A DNA stretch of 64,000 bases from Takakia lepidozioides (GCA_030704615.1 JAKLZA010000360.1:355-64354); one strand, 5' to 3'. Counted from the first letter of the stretch, positions 10,461-23,580 are shown. The notes: generated from the letters alone by a model not told the origin. Numbers and translations: made by a program.

Positions 10461-13400
10461 CTATGGGGTAGCAATTGTTTGTTTCTGCAGAATCGTGGTG
10501 CTCTTCACCCTGATTTCCTCCATTCCTCTCACTCTCTTCATTTTAGACTCACAGAACTGTTTTGGCTGTAACAACTGCAGGAATGCCTGTAGTGCACAAA
10601 GCATAAACGTATGGTTGTCGCAGAAAGCTATGGGTAATTTCTTGTAAGCCTGCGGGGCTTGCAAGCATCGCTCAAGAGAAAAGCTCCGCTCTATCCTTTC
10701 GTGTCTATGCCACTGCGTAAGTAATATTGCGAGCGTATAGTCTGTTAGTTCCTCCATAGTTTCCAAGGTATAGCATTGATGGTCTGTCCTGTCGAGACGC
10801 CCGTTACTCAGAACGACGCCGCCTCTTGCGCTCAATTTCCCTCCATTTTCTTGATCCTTTCTCTGGTTTTCTATTGGCTGTATCCGCTGTGACTGGATTT
10901 TAGATTTTATCTTCTTTAGTGGACTTTCCCTGTTGGATAGTCCACTAGGATCACACATGTGACAAGAATTCGGCTTTTCTGTACTTGCCGTTCGTTCCGT
11001 TTCCCTTTTTCCGTACTCATTAATGGGCCCGCCTTTCATCCCTTTTGACGGCCGTTCTTGTCCTCTTTCTTTTTGACACCTGTCCTTGCACTTCATTCTC
11101 GGCTGTGTGTCGCGCCCTGACCTCCACGTGTCTATTTTTAAAGTAATTTCCGTTTCTTCTTCCTTCAGCCATTTTCCTGAAGTTATTATGTGTCCACTTG
11201 TCACTGATTCTATGGATCGTGTAACTTTAGTAGGCTGTGTTGAGCTGTGACAGGCTGTGTCATATTGTGTTACGTTGTGATAGGCTGTGATGCACTGTGG
11301 TAAGCTGTGATAGGCTGTGACACGTTGTGGTAGGTTGTGATAGGCTGTGTTGCGCCGTGCTGGGCTATGATAGGCTGTGTCACGTCGTGATGGGCTGTGA
11401 TAGGCTGTGTTGCGCCGTGCTGGGCTGTGATAGGCTGTGTCACGTCGTGATGGGCTGTGATAGGCTGTGTTGCGCCTTGCTGGGCTGTGATAGGCTGTGT
11501 CACGTCGTGATGGGCTGTGATAGGCTGTGCTTTGCCTTGATGGGCTGTGATAGGATGTATCACGTTTGTTTTGCCCACCCTGGTCATATATGCTGGGCCT
11601 AGCGACAAGTGTTCCATACTCCGTTCGTAACACTGGTGCAGCCCGTGACTGCTCTTGCGGTTCAACATGCAAATCATGCTGCAGGGGTTTGTCATGGATA
11701 CCACTGTACCCCTTCAACTTATTTGCATTGACTCTTCCCAGCATTTCTTTGTTAATGGTTTGTAACATGGCGGTGTTGTTATCATACATCTTTTGTATGA
11801 CATAAGGTCCTTTCCACGGTGATTTAAGCTTAGAAGCTTGAATCTTTCCTTTCTTCTGCAACCATAGAACCAAATCCCCCGTCTTAAAAGTCTTTAACTT
11901 ACCTTCATCAAACTGTTCCTTTCGCTTCATCTGAATTCTGGTCATATTATCAGCTGCATCAGCACGTACTTCTTCCACATGGTATAATTCATGTTTCCTG
12001 ACCTTGATGGAGTCTTGCAATTCCATTCTTTTTCCCCACTCCGTTCTCATGGTAGGTAACAGGAATTCCAATGGAAGTAAGGCTTCCATACCATAAACTA
12101 ATTGGAATGGTGTATACTTAGTGGTGACTTTATATGAAGTCATGTATGACCACAAAGCTGTCAGCAGCTTTGTATCCCAATCCGTTCTGTTTGCATTGAC
12201 TATCTTAGCCAAGATAGTACATAGTATTTTGTTGGTAGCCTCTGCCTGCCCATTACCCTGCGGGTAATATGTTGTACTCTTTCTATGCACAATCATAAAC
12301 TCTTTAGTCAACAACTCAATGGTCTCATTCATGAAGTGACTTCCTTGATCACTGATAAATTCTAAGGGACAGCCAAATCGTGTAAGTATGTTCTCGTACA
12401 GGAACCTTGCTGTGGACTTGGCTGTGTTGTCCCTCAAAGCTTTAGCTTCCACCCACTTTGTAGTATAATCAGTGGCTGTAATTATGTACCTGTTTCGTGT
12501 ATTCTTGGATGGTGGGTTAATTGGTCCAACAAAGTCTAGTCCCCATTTCTGAAATGGTTCCGTAGGCATTGTAGGATGCAAGGCCATCCTTCCAGTTCTG
12601 GCAAAGGTCCTAGCCTCTGACATTCATCACACTTCTGACAATACTCGTGTACATCTTTGAACAAAGTAGGCCACCAGTATCCTGCGAGTAGTATCTTTCT
12701 ACTGGTAGTCTCTTCTCCAAAAATGACCTCCAGCCACTCCTTTATGAACTTCCGCCAAAACTTTATTTACTTCATGGTGGTACAAGCATCGTTTTAGTAC
12801 TCCATCAGGTCCTAACTTATACATTCTGCTTCCTACCATAGTATAAGGTAAAGCTTTGATAGCGATTCTCTTCCTCTGCTCCTTACCATAACTAGGTGGG
12901 CACTGACCATGAGCAAGGTAGTATCTGATTGGCCACTGCCAATCTAACCATTCATCTGCACTTCCTTGCACCTCCATTACAAATAAACTCGCATCAGGTA
13001 ACTGATCGTCCACTCCTGTGGCGGCCTCTCCTGTTGTTAGTCGTGACAAATGATCTGCCACAAGATGCAAACGGCCAGGCTTGTAAATAACCTCGAACTC
13101 AAACTCATGCAAGATTATTAACCATCTTGCTATTCTTCCGCTTATCAGAGGTTTGTTTACCAGGTATATCAGAGCCTGGTGATCCACATAGAACATAAAC
13201 TTCTTGCCCAACAGGTAATGCCTGAATTTCTTCACTGCATAGATCATTGCCAATGCTTCTCTTTCCGTTGTACTATAGTTCCTCTCAGCACTGTTCATCA
13301 ACCGGCTAGCATAGTACACAGGTGAATCTATATTCCCTGTAACATTCTGGGCTAACACCGCTCCCAACGCTTCTCCTGATGCATCGCAATGAACATGGAA

Positions 13401-15909
13401 TACTACATGCCAGTGAGGGTTAATCAGTACAGGTGTAGTTGTTACTGACAGTGTAAGTTCCTCAAATGCCTGTTGACATTCCGCTGTCCAGGCAAACACT
13501 GCATCTTTCTTCAGTAGTTTGCTCAATGGTGCTGCTATTTGTGCATACCTTTTGACAAATCTCCTGTAATAACTGGTTTGCCCAAGGAATCTTCGTAGAC
13601 TTTTAACATTCACTGGTGGTGGAGAGGCTTTAATGGACTCTGTCTTTCTGGGATCCACAAGGAGTCCCTTCTTACACACAATGTGTCCCAGAAGCACCCC
13701 TGAGTTCACACAGAAAGTACACTTCTCTGGATTCAGGCCCAGACCTCTCATCCTGCATCTGGCCAAGCATAACTCCAATTTATGCAAGTGCTCATTCTTA
13801 GAGCTGTACACACTGAAATCATCCAAGAACACCTGCATGAAATCATCCAGATACTCATGAAAAGATTCACTTATCACTCTCTGAAAGGTCGCTGGTGCAT
13901 TACAAAGTCCAAAGGGCATGACTTTGTATGCATAAGCCCCCCAGTCTGTGATGAAAGCTGTTTTCCCTTGGTCTTCTTCTGCCACTTGCACTTGATTATA
14001 ACCACTGAAGCCATCCATGAATGAGTACATCTCATGGCCTGCCACAGTGTCTAATACTGCTTCTGTGAATGGCAAAGGGAAAGGATCTTTCTTCGTACAA
14101 GCATTCAGCTTCTTATAGTTCACACATACTCTTAGTTTGCCATTCTTCTTGGGAACTATTACAATGGGTGACAACCAAGTTGTATACTCTATTGGGTATA
14201 TAAACTTAGCCTCAGCCAACTTCTTTATCTCTTCTCCAACCTTCTGTGCGTAGTTGGGATTCATTCTATACCTCGCCTGCTTGATTGGTACTGACCCTGG
14301 TTCCAGTTCAATCTTATGCTGACAGACTTCAGGTGGTATCCCTTTTAGATCCTCATAGCTCCAAGCAAATACATCTCTGTATTTGATGAACAAGCTTTTA
14401 GCTTCTTCGAAGAATTCCGGCTCCAAATCAGCTCCTACTTTCACCATCCTCGGTTCCTCTTTAGTTCCCACATTTACTTCTCTCACCTGCTCATCAGCTG
14501 TGATTGTCCAACCAGTCACCACTTCATCCTGTAAGCTCACAGTGGCTGGTTCTTCTAGGATTTCTATTTCTCCTTCTCTTTCTTCATATAAATGTGATGG
14601 GTAAATGCTGGTTTCTTCTTCAGTTGGTGTTGCTGTCACTACACCACAGCAGATACCTCTCAAACAACTTAGGCTTTCCAGCCGCATCTCTGCAACCTGC
14701 TCCCACTCTGGGTGTGCAGCAAATAGGGTAGCTTCCTGCTCCTCATCCAGTCCTCCTCTCCAGTCATACTCTCTGACTCCTCGAGGTCTTCTTGTAGCAG
14801 GTAATCTACTAGATTTCTTTGTGGTAATTTGTATCTCGTGTATCCCATTATGCACGGTTAGTAACTGAGAATTCCAGTCATGGAATACCCTGACCTGTTT
14901 CAGCCACGGACGTCCCAATAATAAGGAGTAAGCCTCCATGACTTCATCCATTTTTAATACAGTTACTGTGATCATAAAGATCATTTTCTGTATCTGTATC
15001 TTAACTCCTCTTATTAATCCCAATGGCTGTACACTTCTTTGATCTGCCATTGTTACTGTAAATGGGGCTGGTTTCATGTTACTTAGACCAAGCTTCTTCC
15101 TTAATTGGTCTGTCATGATATTTACTCCAGAACCACCATCTATCAGTACATCAGTTAGTTCTGTGCTTCCAATTCTCAATTGGATTACTGACATAGAATC
15201 ATCAAAGTCCATGACTGGTTCTCGCCCTTCCGGCTTCACATTATAACTGGTCACCTTGCTGTTCAGGTCTGTGTTTCCTGTCTCTTGGGCAATTCGATTG
15301 ATTGCTTGATACAGCCTGTGCCTACAATAAGGTGCCACAGCTAATAGCTGTCCAATGGTAATTTCTGCTTTGGTCTGACATATTACTGCAGCCAAAGTCT
15401 CTTCATTACTTTGCATGTCTGCATCTTCTTTTTTCCTTTCTTCCTCACTCCCTTCTTTTTCTCCATCCGAATCAGAGGAATCTGCCACAGGAATATCAGT
15501 ACTCTTTTGCATTTTCCTTATAGTATCTGCCACTTCCTTGTGCAGTTCCTTCTCATCTTTCCAAGTCTCTTCATCTTCAGGCATATCATTGCCACTTCCA
15601 GTCTCATCTTCTTCCTCTTCTACTGGAGGTATTAGTTTGGCTTTACTTCTTGTTACTATCATTGTACTTACTTCTGGTACAACACATGGCCTAACCATGT
15701 GAGCTGCCACCACTGGGCCCTCATTCACAGGAGCTCTCATCTCATTCTGGTGTCTTATCCAGAATGAACAGGCTGCCTTGCGATGTCCTGGCTGATTACA
15801 ATAGTAACATAGCTCTTCACCATTGGGTCCTCGCCCTTGGTCTGTTCTTGGATTATTTCTATAATCCTGATTCTCGGGCTGGTAATTCCCCTTTGGATTA
15901 CCCTGATAG
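10461..15909 (-). pseudogene. pol: Gypsy pol (PR, RT, RH, INT plus extended tail), frameshifted near 12720 and 12600
   Basis: ORFs 12699-15740 and 10461-12623 contain LIDGGSG, QVFLDDF, HCDAS, WGLDFVGP and SDQG. Confidence 0.92.
11231..11560 (-). repeat. 30-bp tandem repeat in the integrase tail (TAYHSPSRRD-type decapeptide)
   Basis: Repeated gggctgtgataggctgtgt units. Confidence 0.92.
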
Positions 15910-16579
15910 CTGTCACGATCATAGGGAACGAAGAGTAGGACAGGGAACGACTGTGGGGAACAACACCTGCGAAGGGAACATGTTAGTTCACAGACGACGG
16001 TTAGTGAGGGAAACGGTTAGAACCGCGGATAGGAAGATAAAGGGAGAAACGGGGAAGAGAGGGATATCATTCGGAGGAGGACTTCTGGGTGATAAAGGAG
16101 AGAGGATATTCGGAGGAGGACTTCTTGGTCATGGAGGAGAGGGGATCGGGCAGAGATGAAGAACGGAAGTGAAGATAGAGAGATGATGAATAGATGCTTG
16201 ATATATGCAAGGCTGTAATGATATTGTAGAGGAGATTAGAGACACAATGGCTTCGGCCTGATACCTGATAAATCATAATCGGATACTTTTACGATACAAA
16301 CACATTGTGTAGAGAGATCTGAGTGAAGCTGTGGAATGAATGGATGAGTTGATGGAATCCAATAGATTGATAAAGCAAACTGATACTTAATTATCAATGG
16401 TAAGATAGTTAACATGAATACCAAAAGGGAAACAAATAGGAAACACCCCCATGATACACTAGCTGTAGGTCATGACTGATTGTTCTGCGCGGGCTGAGTA
16501 CTTAGAGATTTCCAACTCTTCAATCTTGGAGTTTCCGCCTCGAATAGCGAAGGGATGGGTGAGTAAAAGCCGCGCGACA
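15908..16579 (+). repeat. 5'-truncated LTR (3' ~670 bp only)
   Basis: Matches 35218-35889 and ends ...CGCGCGACA. Confidence 0.88.
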
Positions 16580-17167
16580 TTTGGCGACCATACTGGGGAC
16601 CTGGGACATGAACAACCAGATGTGACAGGCATCTGGTGGGATCATGGTGGTTGGACCATTAAAGAATTTGAAGTGAATCAAATTCCCTGTGGAACGAAGG
16701 AAGAAAGATTGTCCAAACAATTCTTTCAAAGGTTCTTGGAATTGCCAGACGGTTGTAAAGAAAATATTCTTAAACGAGTGCATGATGCTGATCCAGAATG
16801 GGGTCTGGAGAAAGGAGTGATAAAGATTTATCAGGTAGCCTGTAGAGGAAGAGCACGTTGGTTACCAACATTGGTTTATGTGATAGCATTGCTATCCATT
16901 AAACGAGTAGAGTTTGAAGGCTGGGAAGAAAGAAAGGTGAATGTTTATACTCATATGCATGAAGAGCTGGTACTGGTAAAGAATTGGATTCCAAAGGATA
17001 TTTTGTGGATCAAACTCACACCAAGAACAGCTTTTCAGACTTGTTTGCCATATGGTTATATGGTAACGGAGACTTCAAGTATAGCCAAGGGTGCATTGAA
17101 GCTTGAAAGAAACCCAGGCATATACGAGAGATATTACAGAAGAGAGTTTTGGTTATTGCCACATTAA
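16472..17167 (+). CDS. Extra 5' ORF upstream of gag (231 aa), function unknown
   Basis: Open in all three copies; ends 21 bp before the gag ATG. Confidence 0.55.
   Translation: MTDCSARAEYLEISNSSILEFPPRIAKGWVSKSRATFGDHTGDLGHEQPDVTGIWWDHGGWTIKEFEVNQIPCGTKEERLSKQFFQRFLELPDGCKENILKRVHDADPEWGLEKGVIKIYQVACRGRARWLPTLVYVIALLSIKRVEFEGWEERKVNVYTHMHEELVLVKNWIPKDILWIKLTPRTAFQTCLPYGYMVTETSSIAKGALKLERNPGIYERYYRREFWLLPH
16582..16600 (+). promoter_or_regulatory. Primer-binding site TGGCGACCATACTGGGGAC (tRNA-Arg-like)
   Basis: Begins TGG 2 nt after the LTR terminal CA and resembles the Arg-type PBS of Tat/Ogre elements. Confidence 0.75.
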
Positions 17168-17188
17168 AAGAAATGAAAGACATGGGAC

Positions 17189-18839
17189 ATGAGTGATGAA
17201 AGAGAAGCTAGACGACAGAGATATTCAGCAAAAAGAGAAAGCTATCTGAAAGCTAATTATCCATATCTTTGGGAGAGAGGAATAGACATAGGGGAATCAT
17301 CTGGACCTCTCACACCATCAAGATCAAAGAGTGCATCACCTATACCGGAAGAACTAGAGTTGGATGCCACTCCTTCTGTTTCTTTGCAAGAAAGATTAAG
17401 GGAATTGGTACAGGAAGAAGATCAATCACGAGGTGAAAGATCTGAGGTACATCCTTGGATAAAAGACTTGACAGAAATCTTTGATAAGAGTTGGCATGGA
17501 ACACCAAAAGCAGGAACTCCAGTTTCTGAAGCAGAAGGTGAAGAAGGAGAAGAGGATGTGGCAGAGCCAACGGAGAGTTCAGACTCTCCAACACCATTAC
17601 AGTTGAGTTACATGAGTGAAGAAGAAACCCAAGGGCAGAACTTGGAGGATGAAAACAGAGAGAAGAAATTAGAAGAGGAAGAATATGAAGAAGTAGACCC
17701 AACAGCTGAGGTTGAGACTACAACCAGGACATCCCAACCCGTTGGACCTGGATCAAGTGGAGCACTTGGATCACAGGCCAACGAAGGTGTCGGCTCAGGG
17801 GGATCAGGCGGGCTGCCTGGATCTGGCTCTGGGGGACAGGGAGTGTGGGAAGTAGTGCAACTGAAGCTGGGAATACTGTGAATATCGTGGGGCCAGAAGC
17901 AAGGAGTGCTCAAGGGCCACCACTTGGTGGAAGATCCACCGCAAAAACAACAGGTCCAGAAGGACCAGCACCAACAAGGGTGCCAGCACCTGTCAGTGGG
18001 CAGAAGGTAGGGCCACGGATGGCGTTACAACCAACACGGGCAAAACCACCCTTTCCAATATATTCAGGAAAAGGGGATCCCGATGTACACATTAGCCAAT
18101 TTGAGCACATGTGTATAGTGAACAATGAGAATGGCGATGATGCCAAGATGAAACTGTTTCCTTGTTCACTTATCAAGAAAGCAAGTGAATGGTATGCAAG
18201 ATTCCCTGATAATCATTTCCTAACCTGGAATGGCTTGAATACAACATTTCGAAATAGGTTCAGGACAAGTAAAACTGAGGATGAAGTGTATGGAAGTTTA
18301 CAACAGCTGAAGCAGAAGAAGCATGAAACTGTTGAAGAGTATATGGAGAAGATGGAATTGATGATGAAAAAGCTGGCTGCAGTACCAGCGCCCGGTTTAC
18401 AGAAGACTTGGTTTGTGAGTGGACTAAGACCAGAGTTGCAAAAGAAAGTGGACATGTTACCCCATAATACAGTGGAGGAGGCATATGAAACTGCGAACAG
18501 AATTGAGCAATTGGGAATGCTCAGGAGAGAGAAAAAAGAAGATGAGGACTCTGAGGATGAGTCAGATGAAGAAGAAGAGCAAGAACTAAAAAGAAAGAGT
18601 AAGAGAAAGGAGAAGTTGAAGAGGGATAACTATGAAAAAAAATCGGAAGAAATCTTGAAGAAGTATGCCACAGAGGCTGCAACACATTGGAGGAAGGGTG
18701 TATGGTGTGCAAAGTGCCAAAATGAAGGCCATACCACCACAGAATGCCACATGAAGGAGAAACACTGTACTATCTGTAAAATGGATAACCATTCTACTGA
18801 GAATTGTTACTACAACAGAAGGACAGCTGCAAGAGAACC
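17189..18839 (+). pseudogene. gag: gag (5' part), G-run frameshift near 17831, interrupted by MULE B1
   Basis: Retrotrans_gag-like YSGKGDPDVHISQFE...ASEWY...LKQKKHETVEEY; CCHC knuckles CAKCQNEGHTTTEC and CTICKMDNHSTENC. Confidence 0.9.
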
Positions 18840-19531
18840 GAGGTTTACTATTTCATGAGCGCATGAGCGCATGAGCCCATGAGCCTATGAGCTCATGAGC
18901 GGACATCCGCGGAATTGGAATTTTCCTGCCTTTATTGACGGTGTTATGTCCTCTTACCTCGGTAATAGGGTCTGTTTCTCCTGGTCCAGGATGCGGAATG
19001 AGGTATTTCGGCGCCATTATTCCCAAGAGCAGTGTGCTAAAATGGTGTTTTGAAGACATCCACCGGGGTATTTCGGCACCAAAATTACCTCTTAAAATGT
19101 GATATAGTGCGGTATTTAATGGCGCAGAACGGGCTATTTGGGCGCCGAAATACCCAAGTGGAATGTGCTGAAGTGCCTTGTGCTGAAGGCTTCCATCGCG
19201 ATATTTTGGTACAGTAATTCATCCGTGGAATTTTTGAGGCCCATATAACGAAGGCGCGCATTGGGCTATTTCGGCGCCAAATTTCCCAATATGAATGTTA
19301 GAAACGGCAGGGTTTTCATGGCTTCAAGTTCTCGGCTCGATGGTGTGCATAAATTACTTGTAGGGTTCTTCAATGAAGTTTGCGTCTCTTCTGCTTTTAT
19401 TATACATTTTGGTTGGCGGAAGAAATGTAGGGAATCGGACAAGCAGTCTGAACACAATGATTTTTCAAATCGTCAATATTTTCATTAAGTGTTTCAGAAC
19501 TGTACAACAAAAGGATCCAAATGAGACTTTG

Positions 19532-21186
19532 CTATGGTGAGGATCCGCTATCACTGTCCGATGCATCCCCGGCCTCATGCAAGGATGGCTGCCTTCCACC
19601 TGCCTCCGAACCTGCACTGCCGCTACCGCTGTTACTCTGAGAAGCCCTCCCCTCAAAAATACCATCCTCACCAGCCGGAACTGTCCACCTGGGTGCGGAA
19701 GTGTCCTCAACATTCCCCTCGCTCTCGGACGCGGATTCTATTACGAACTTCCCTACTCTGCCTTTCACAATTCTATGTTTGGCCTCACGCCTCATTATAA
19801 TTCTCTGCTCATTCCCGTATGTCAATTGCTCTAACCGAGTAGGCCTATCCTCCCTGCTGATGGCTTCTCTGGCAGCCGTGTCTGCATAGGCTGGTAGAAA
19901 AAAAGGCTTCTGGGGACTCGCGAGAAACGATTTTCTGGCAAAGAATGGCCGATGCGATTCTGTCTCTTCCTCTGCAACAGGGTCCGATTCGGGCAAGTCT
20001 CCCAGCTTCTCCTCGTCGGACGACTCTGCAAGGCTGAGTGTACGCACAAACGTAGAATGAAGTACATTAGAGAATTCAAACAGGGAATCATCGGCAGGTT
20101 GCATGGTCCCTACAACCGAAACCAATACACTTACTATGGTGCAACTCACTCGAAGACAGGCATTGGGGGAAGCGGCTTCGGGCGCCCCTGCATCGAACGA
20201 ATTTCCTGGACTTCCTCCTCTTCATCTTCCTCCTCCCCTTCCACGTCATCTTCTGCGTTTTTGGGATCCTCAGTCGGAGGCAAACGCTGAAGGCCCGCCA
20301 AATTGTAATCGTACAAGGCCGTATCCCCCTCAAATGAGAACACAAATCGGTTCGACATCCTTCCCGCCCACATACAGGCACCTGCAAATTCATACGACAC
20401 AACCACAACCAAACTCAAGAATGAGTCGCTTCCTCGCACAAGCAAACATACACAAACGGAAATGGTGTCAATTTTGGTGCCGCATTCAATTAACGTTCTC
20501 ACCTGTATTTGCAGTGATGTCGAGGACCCTGCCTTCAACATCCGTACATGTTTCCATGAGCGTCTGGGATGAATGCAGGACTCCTGGTCCTGCCATACCT
20601 CCATGGCTTGCCCGACAAATCACAAAGAATGTCCTTCTCTCCAACATGGTTGAACAGGACGTTATACTCCAGTGGATCAACTATGGAATCAACAAGTCTT
20701 CCTGTTTCACGTAATTTGAATTTCTAATGTTTCTTCACGAAGCAAAATGCCTGAAAGATAAGAGTCTGCAGAGAAGGAAATGTCCTGGAGGTTTTGCTCC
20801 TCCGCAAGCTCCAGCAGGTTCTGATCGTCGCCAAGTCGTACCACGTTGTCGTCCTCTCCTTCTGTCAGCTCAATGGGCCGCCCTTCTGCAGATCCAATTC
20901 CCACATCTCCAGCGGCCTCCACCGCATCCGTGTTTTTTGAAATTGACTGCAAACCCAATATCTCTGCTTCCAGTCTCCGTAGGGGTTTTACTGGCGAAGC
21001 CATGGGCTCCTTCTGCTTCCTCGACTTCCGAACTCTAGGTGGGCTTTTCTGAGGCGATATCTGAGGTGTTGAATGAGGACTCGCCTGCCTCGATGCACTT
21101 CCACCTTGCGAGCGCAGCACCCGGGCAGGAGTATCCAAAGTTGACTGTGTTGCTTCGCCCCCCTGCGATCCCTCCCCAGCTCCCAT
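19532..21186 (-). pseudogene. Internally deleted homologue of the ParB-MTase gene (retains the N-terminus, MTase motifs X/I and the C-terminus)
   Basis: YGRTRSPAFI/QTLMETCTDVEGRVLDITANTG, GACMWAGRMSNRFVFSFEGD and RWTVPAGEDGIFE match element A. The ParB domain and motif IV are absent. Confidence 0.82.
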
Positions 21187-21850
21187 GTCAAACAAACAGG
21201 AAAACATGAGACACTGCACGCAAAAAAAAGGTGTAAAAGGAATATTGCGTATGGAGTGCTTCACATCCGCAAAGCACGAATCTCTCACTGGTGGGCGATC
21301 CGAGTCTCCGGATAACGAGGTCTACATTTCATGCATGAGACGGAGCTTAAGTCGTGTCGTCGGCGGCTTCCCAAAATCCCGCGTCCTCCTTCTCTTTGCC
21401 GGAGTCACCTGACCTTCCACAAACTCTATGCTACCACTATGCCGCATAAGGAGAGGAAACGCAGGAGAATGTCACTGCAGAAGGGCAAGGAGCGAGAGAG
21501 CGAAGCGGTGGAACATGCAACCACTCTACACGAGCAGATGTGTAAGCAGCCACGTCTCCCGAAGCGTTGCCACCGTCCACCACTTTTTGCCGTATGGGTG
21601 ATGAAGAGATTGTGACCCCTGACACGTTCGCACGGATGAAGTCGACTGGAACACGACGCGTGCCAGTTCCAGCCACCAGTACAAGATGGTTTATCCGAAT
21701 TGCGGCACCGAAATACCTTCCGTTCACCGGATGCTGTTCCCGGAGCAGCCGACATTGAATGAAATATCCGCACATCATGAAACCTAACCGCCATGAAAAT
21801 CCCCTGCCTATGACATTCAACAGTCAGGTCGGTACGTTTCATCAGCGGAC

Positions 21851-23580
21851 GGATGAATTTCGGCGCCGAAATTCATCCTATTCAAGTGCTTTCGTACACA
21901 AACTTACAAATTTCGGCGCCGCAATTCATCGCTTCCCAAGTCCTCATTCGTCATGAGCAAACCTGTCAGTGGGATATCGGAGCCGGAATTAATTCCGGAA
22001 CAGTGGAAACGGCTGCACTTGGGCACATTTCATCCATATTTCGGCGCCGAAATTCATTACGAATATCTCCGTCCACGCGTAGACGAGGTGAAATCATCCA
22101 TATTTCGGCGCCGAAATTCATCCAGAGCGAAGACTAAATCGGCACCATGCTATGCTTTGCCGCCATCATTGCCCTTGACGGATGCTGTCCATGCCTGTTG
22201 GACTTGCCATTTCTGGACATTTAACTATAATTTCGGCGCCGAAATTATACTTTATGTGCGGCAACGTCCCGTGCGAAAAAGACCACTTAATGGATACTGT
22301 CGATTTCAAATGAAAAAAACAGCTAAAATACAATTAATTTTGACAGAATGGGTTCAATATGCCGATTTTTCCATTAAATGCAGAATATTCCTGTTATCTT
22401 CGTCGGAACGGGGTATTTCCAACGATTTACGGAAAATTATGTCATCCAAAAGCAAATAGTAAGTGTCGGGTTTGGACGAATTTCGGCGCCGAAATTCATC
22501 CGTCGCATAGAAAATGTAATATTAGAGTTACTCATTGCGGACAGTAAGGATGAATTTCGGCACCGAAATTCATCCATTTCAAAGAAAAATAAATATTGGA
22601 GGGAGGGCATTGGATGAATTTCGGCGCCAAAATACGGCGCTCAAACCCTGAAAAGAATTTGGAGGGATGGAGTCGATTGAATTTCGGAGCCGAAATTCAT
22701 TGCTCGCGAAGAAAAATAAATAAATTCGGGAGGACTTCGGATGAATTTCGGCGCCGAAATTCATTGCTCGCGAAGAAAAAAAAAAATCGGGAGGACTTCG
22801 GATGAATTTCGGCGCCGAAATTCATTGCTCGCGAAGAAAAAAAATAATTCGGGAGGACTTCGGATGAATTTCGGCGCCGAAATTCATTGCTCGCGAAGAA
22901 AAAAAATAAATTTGGGAGGACTTCGGATGAATTTCGGCGCCGAAATTCATTGCTCGCGGAGAAAAAAATAAATTCGGGAGGACTTCGGACGAATTTCGGC
23001 GCCGAAATTCATTGCTCGCGGAGAAAAAAATAAATTCGGGAGGACTTCGGATGAATTTCGGCGCCGAAATTCATTGCTCGCGAAGAAAAAGGAAAATTAG
23101 AAGGGAGGACTTGGATGAGATTCGGCGCCGAAGTTCATCTGTCGCAAAGAAAAAAAAAAAAAAAAAAAAAAAACTTCAGATGAATTTCGGCACCGAAATC
23201 CATCCGCAGGGCAGCAGAATTAGGGTCGGAAAAGGAGATGAAGAATGAATTTCGGCGCCGAAATACATCCATTCTGCCGATTCAGGATTATTGTCATTCG
23301 GATGTCGGCACCGATATCCGGACACGTGGTGAATCACGACTGTAATCAGGAACACATTCATCTGTATTTTGGCATCCAAATTCAACTCTCATGTGCAGAA
23401 ACAATTTGATGAAGAAGATGTTCATCCGAATTTTGGCACCGAAATCCATCCGTTGGATGCTTGGTCAGTTTCATGAGGTGAACAAATTACTACTTCTGTC
23501 GCCGGAATTCATCCCCTGGCTTCCAAAGTTGTTACATGACAGAGATGTTCATCCAGATTTCAGTGCCGAAATTCATGGGA
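21851..23580. repeat. B-type palindromes GATGAATTTCGGCGCCGAAATTCATC, including a ~62-bp tandem satellite at 22678-23140
   Basis: CGGCGCCG cores at 21861, 21914, 22042, 22106, 22234, 22484, 22558, 22622, 22685, 22749, 22810, 22872, 22935, 22997, 23059, 23123, 23188 and 23253. Confidence 0.95.

Larger units (their letters stand above)
9367..15909 (-). mobile_element. Inverted fragment of the Ty3/Gypsy element (3' gag, PR, RT, RH, INT and the 5' part of the 3' ORF)
   Basis: Near-identical reverse complement of 25843-32384. Confidence 0.95.

Noticed and set aside
16582-16600. tRNA gene
   Set aside because: There is only a ~19-nt complement to a tRNA 3' end (the PBS) and no cloverleaf.
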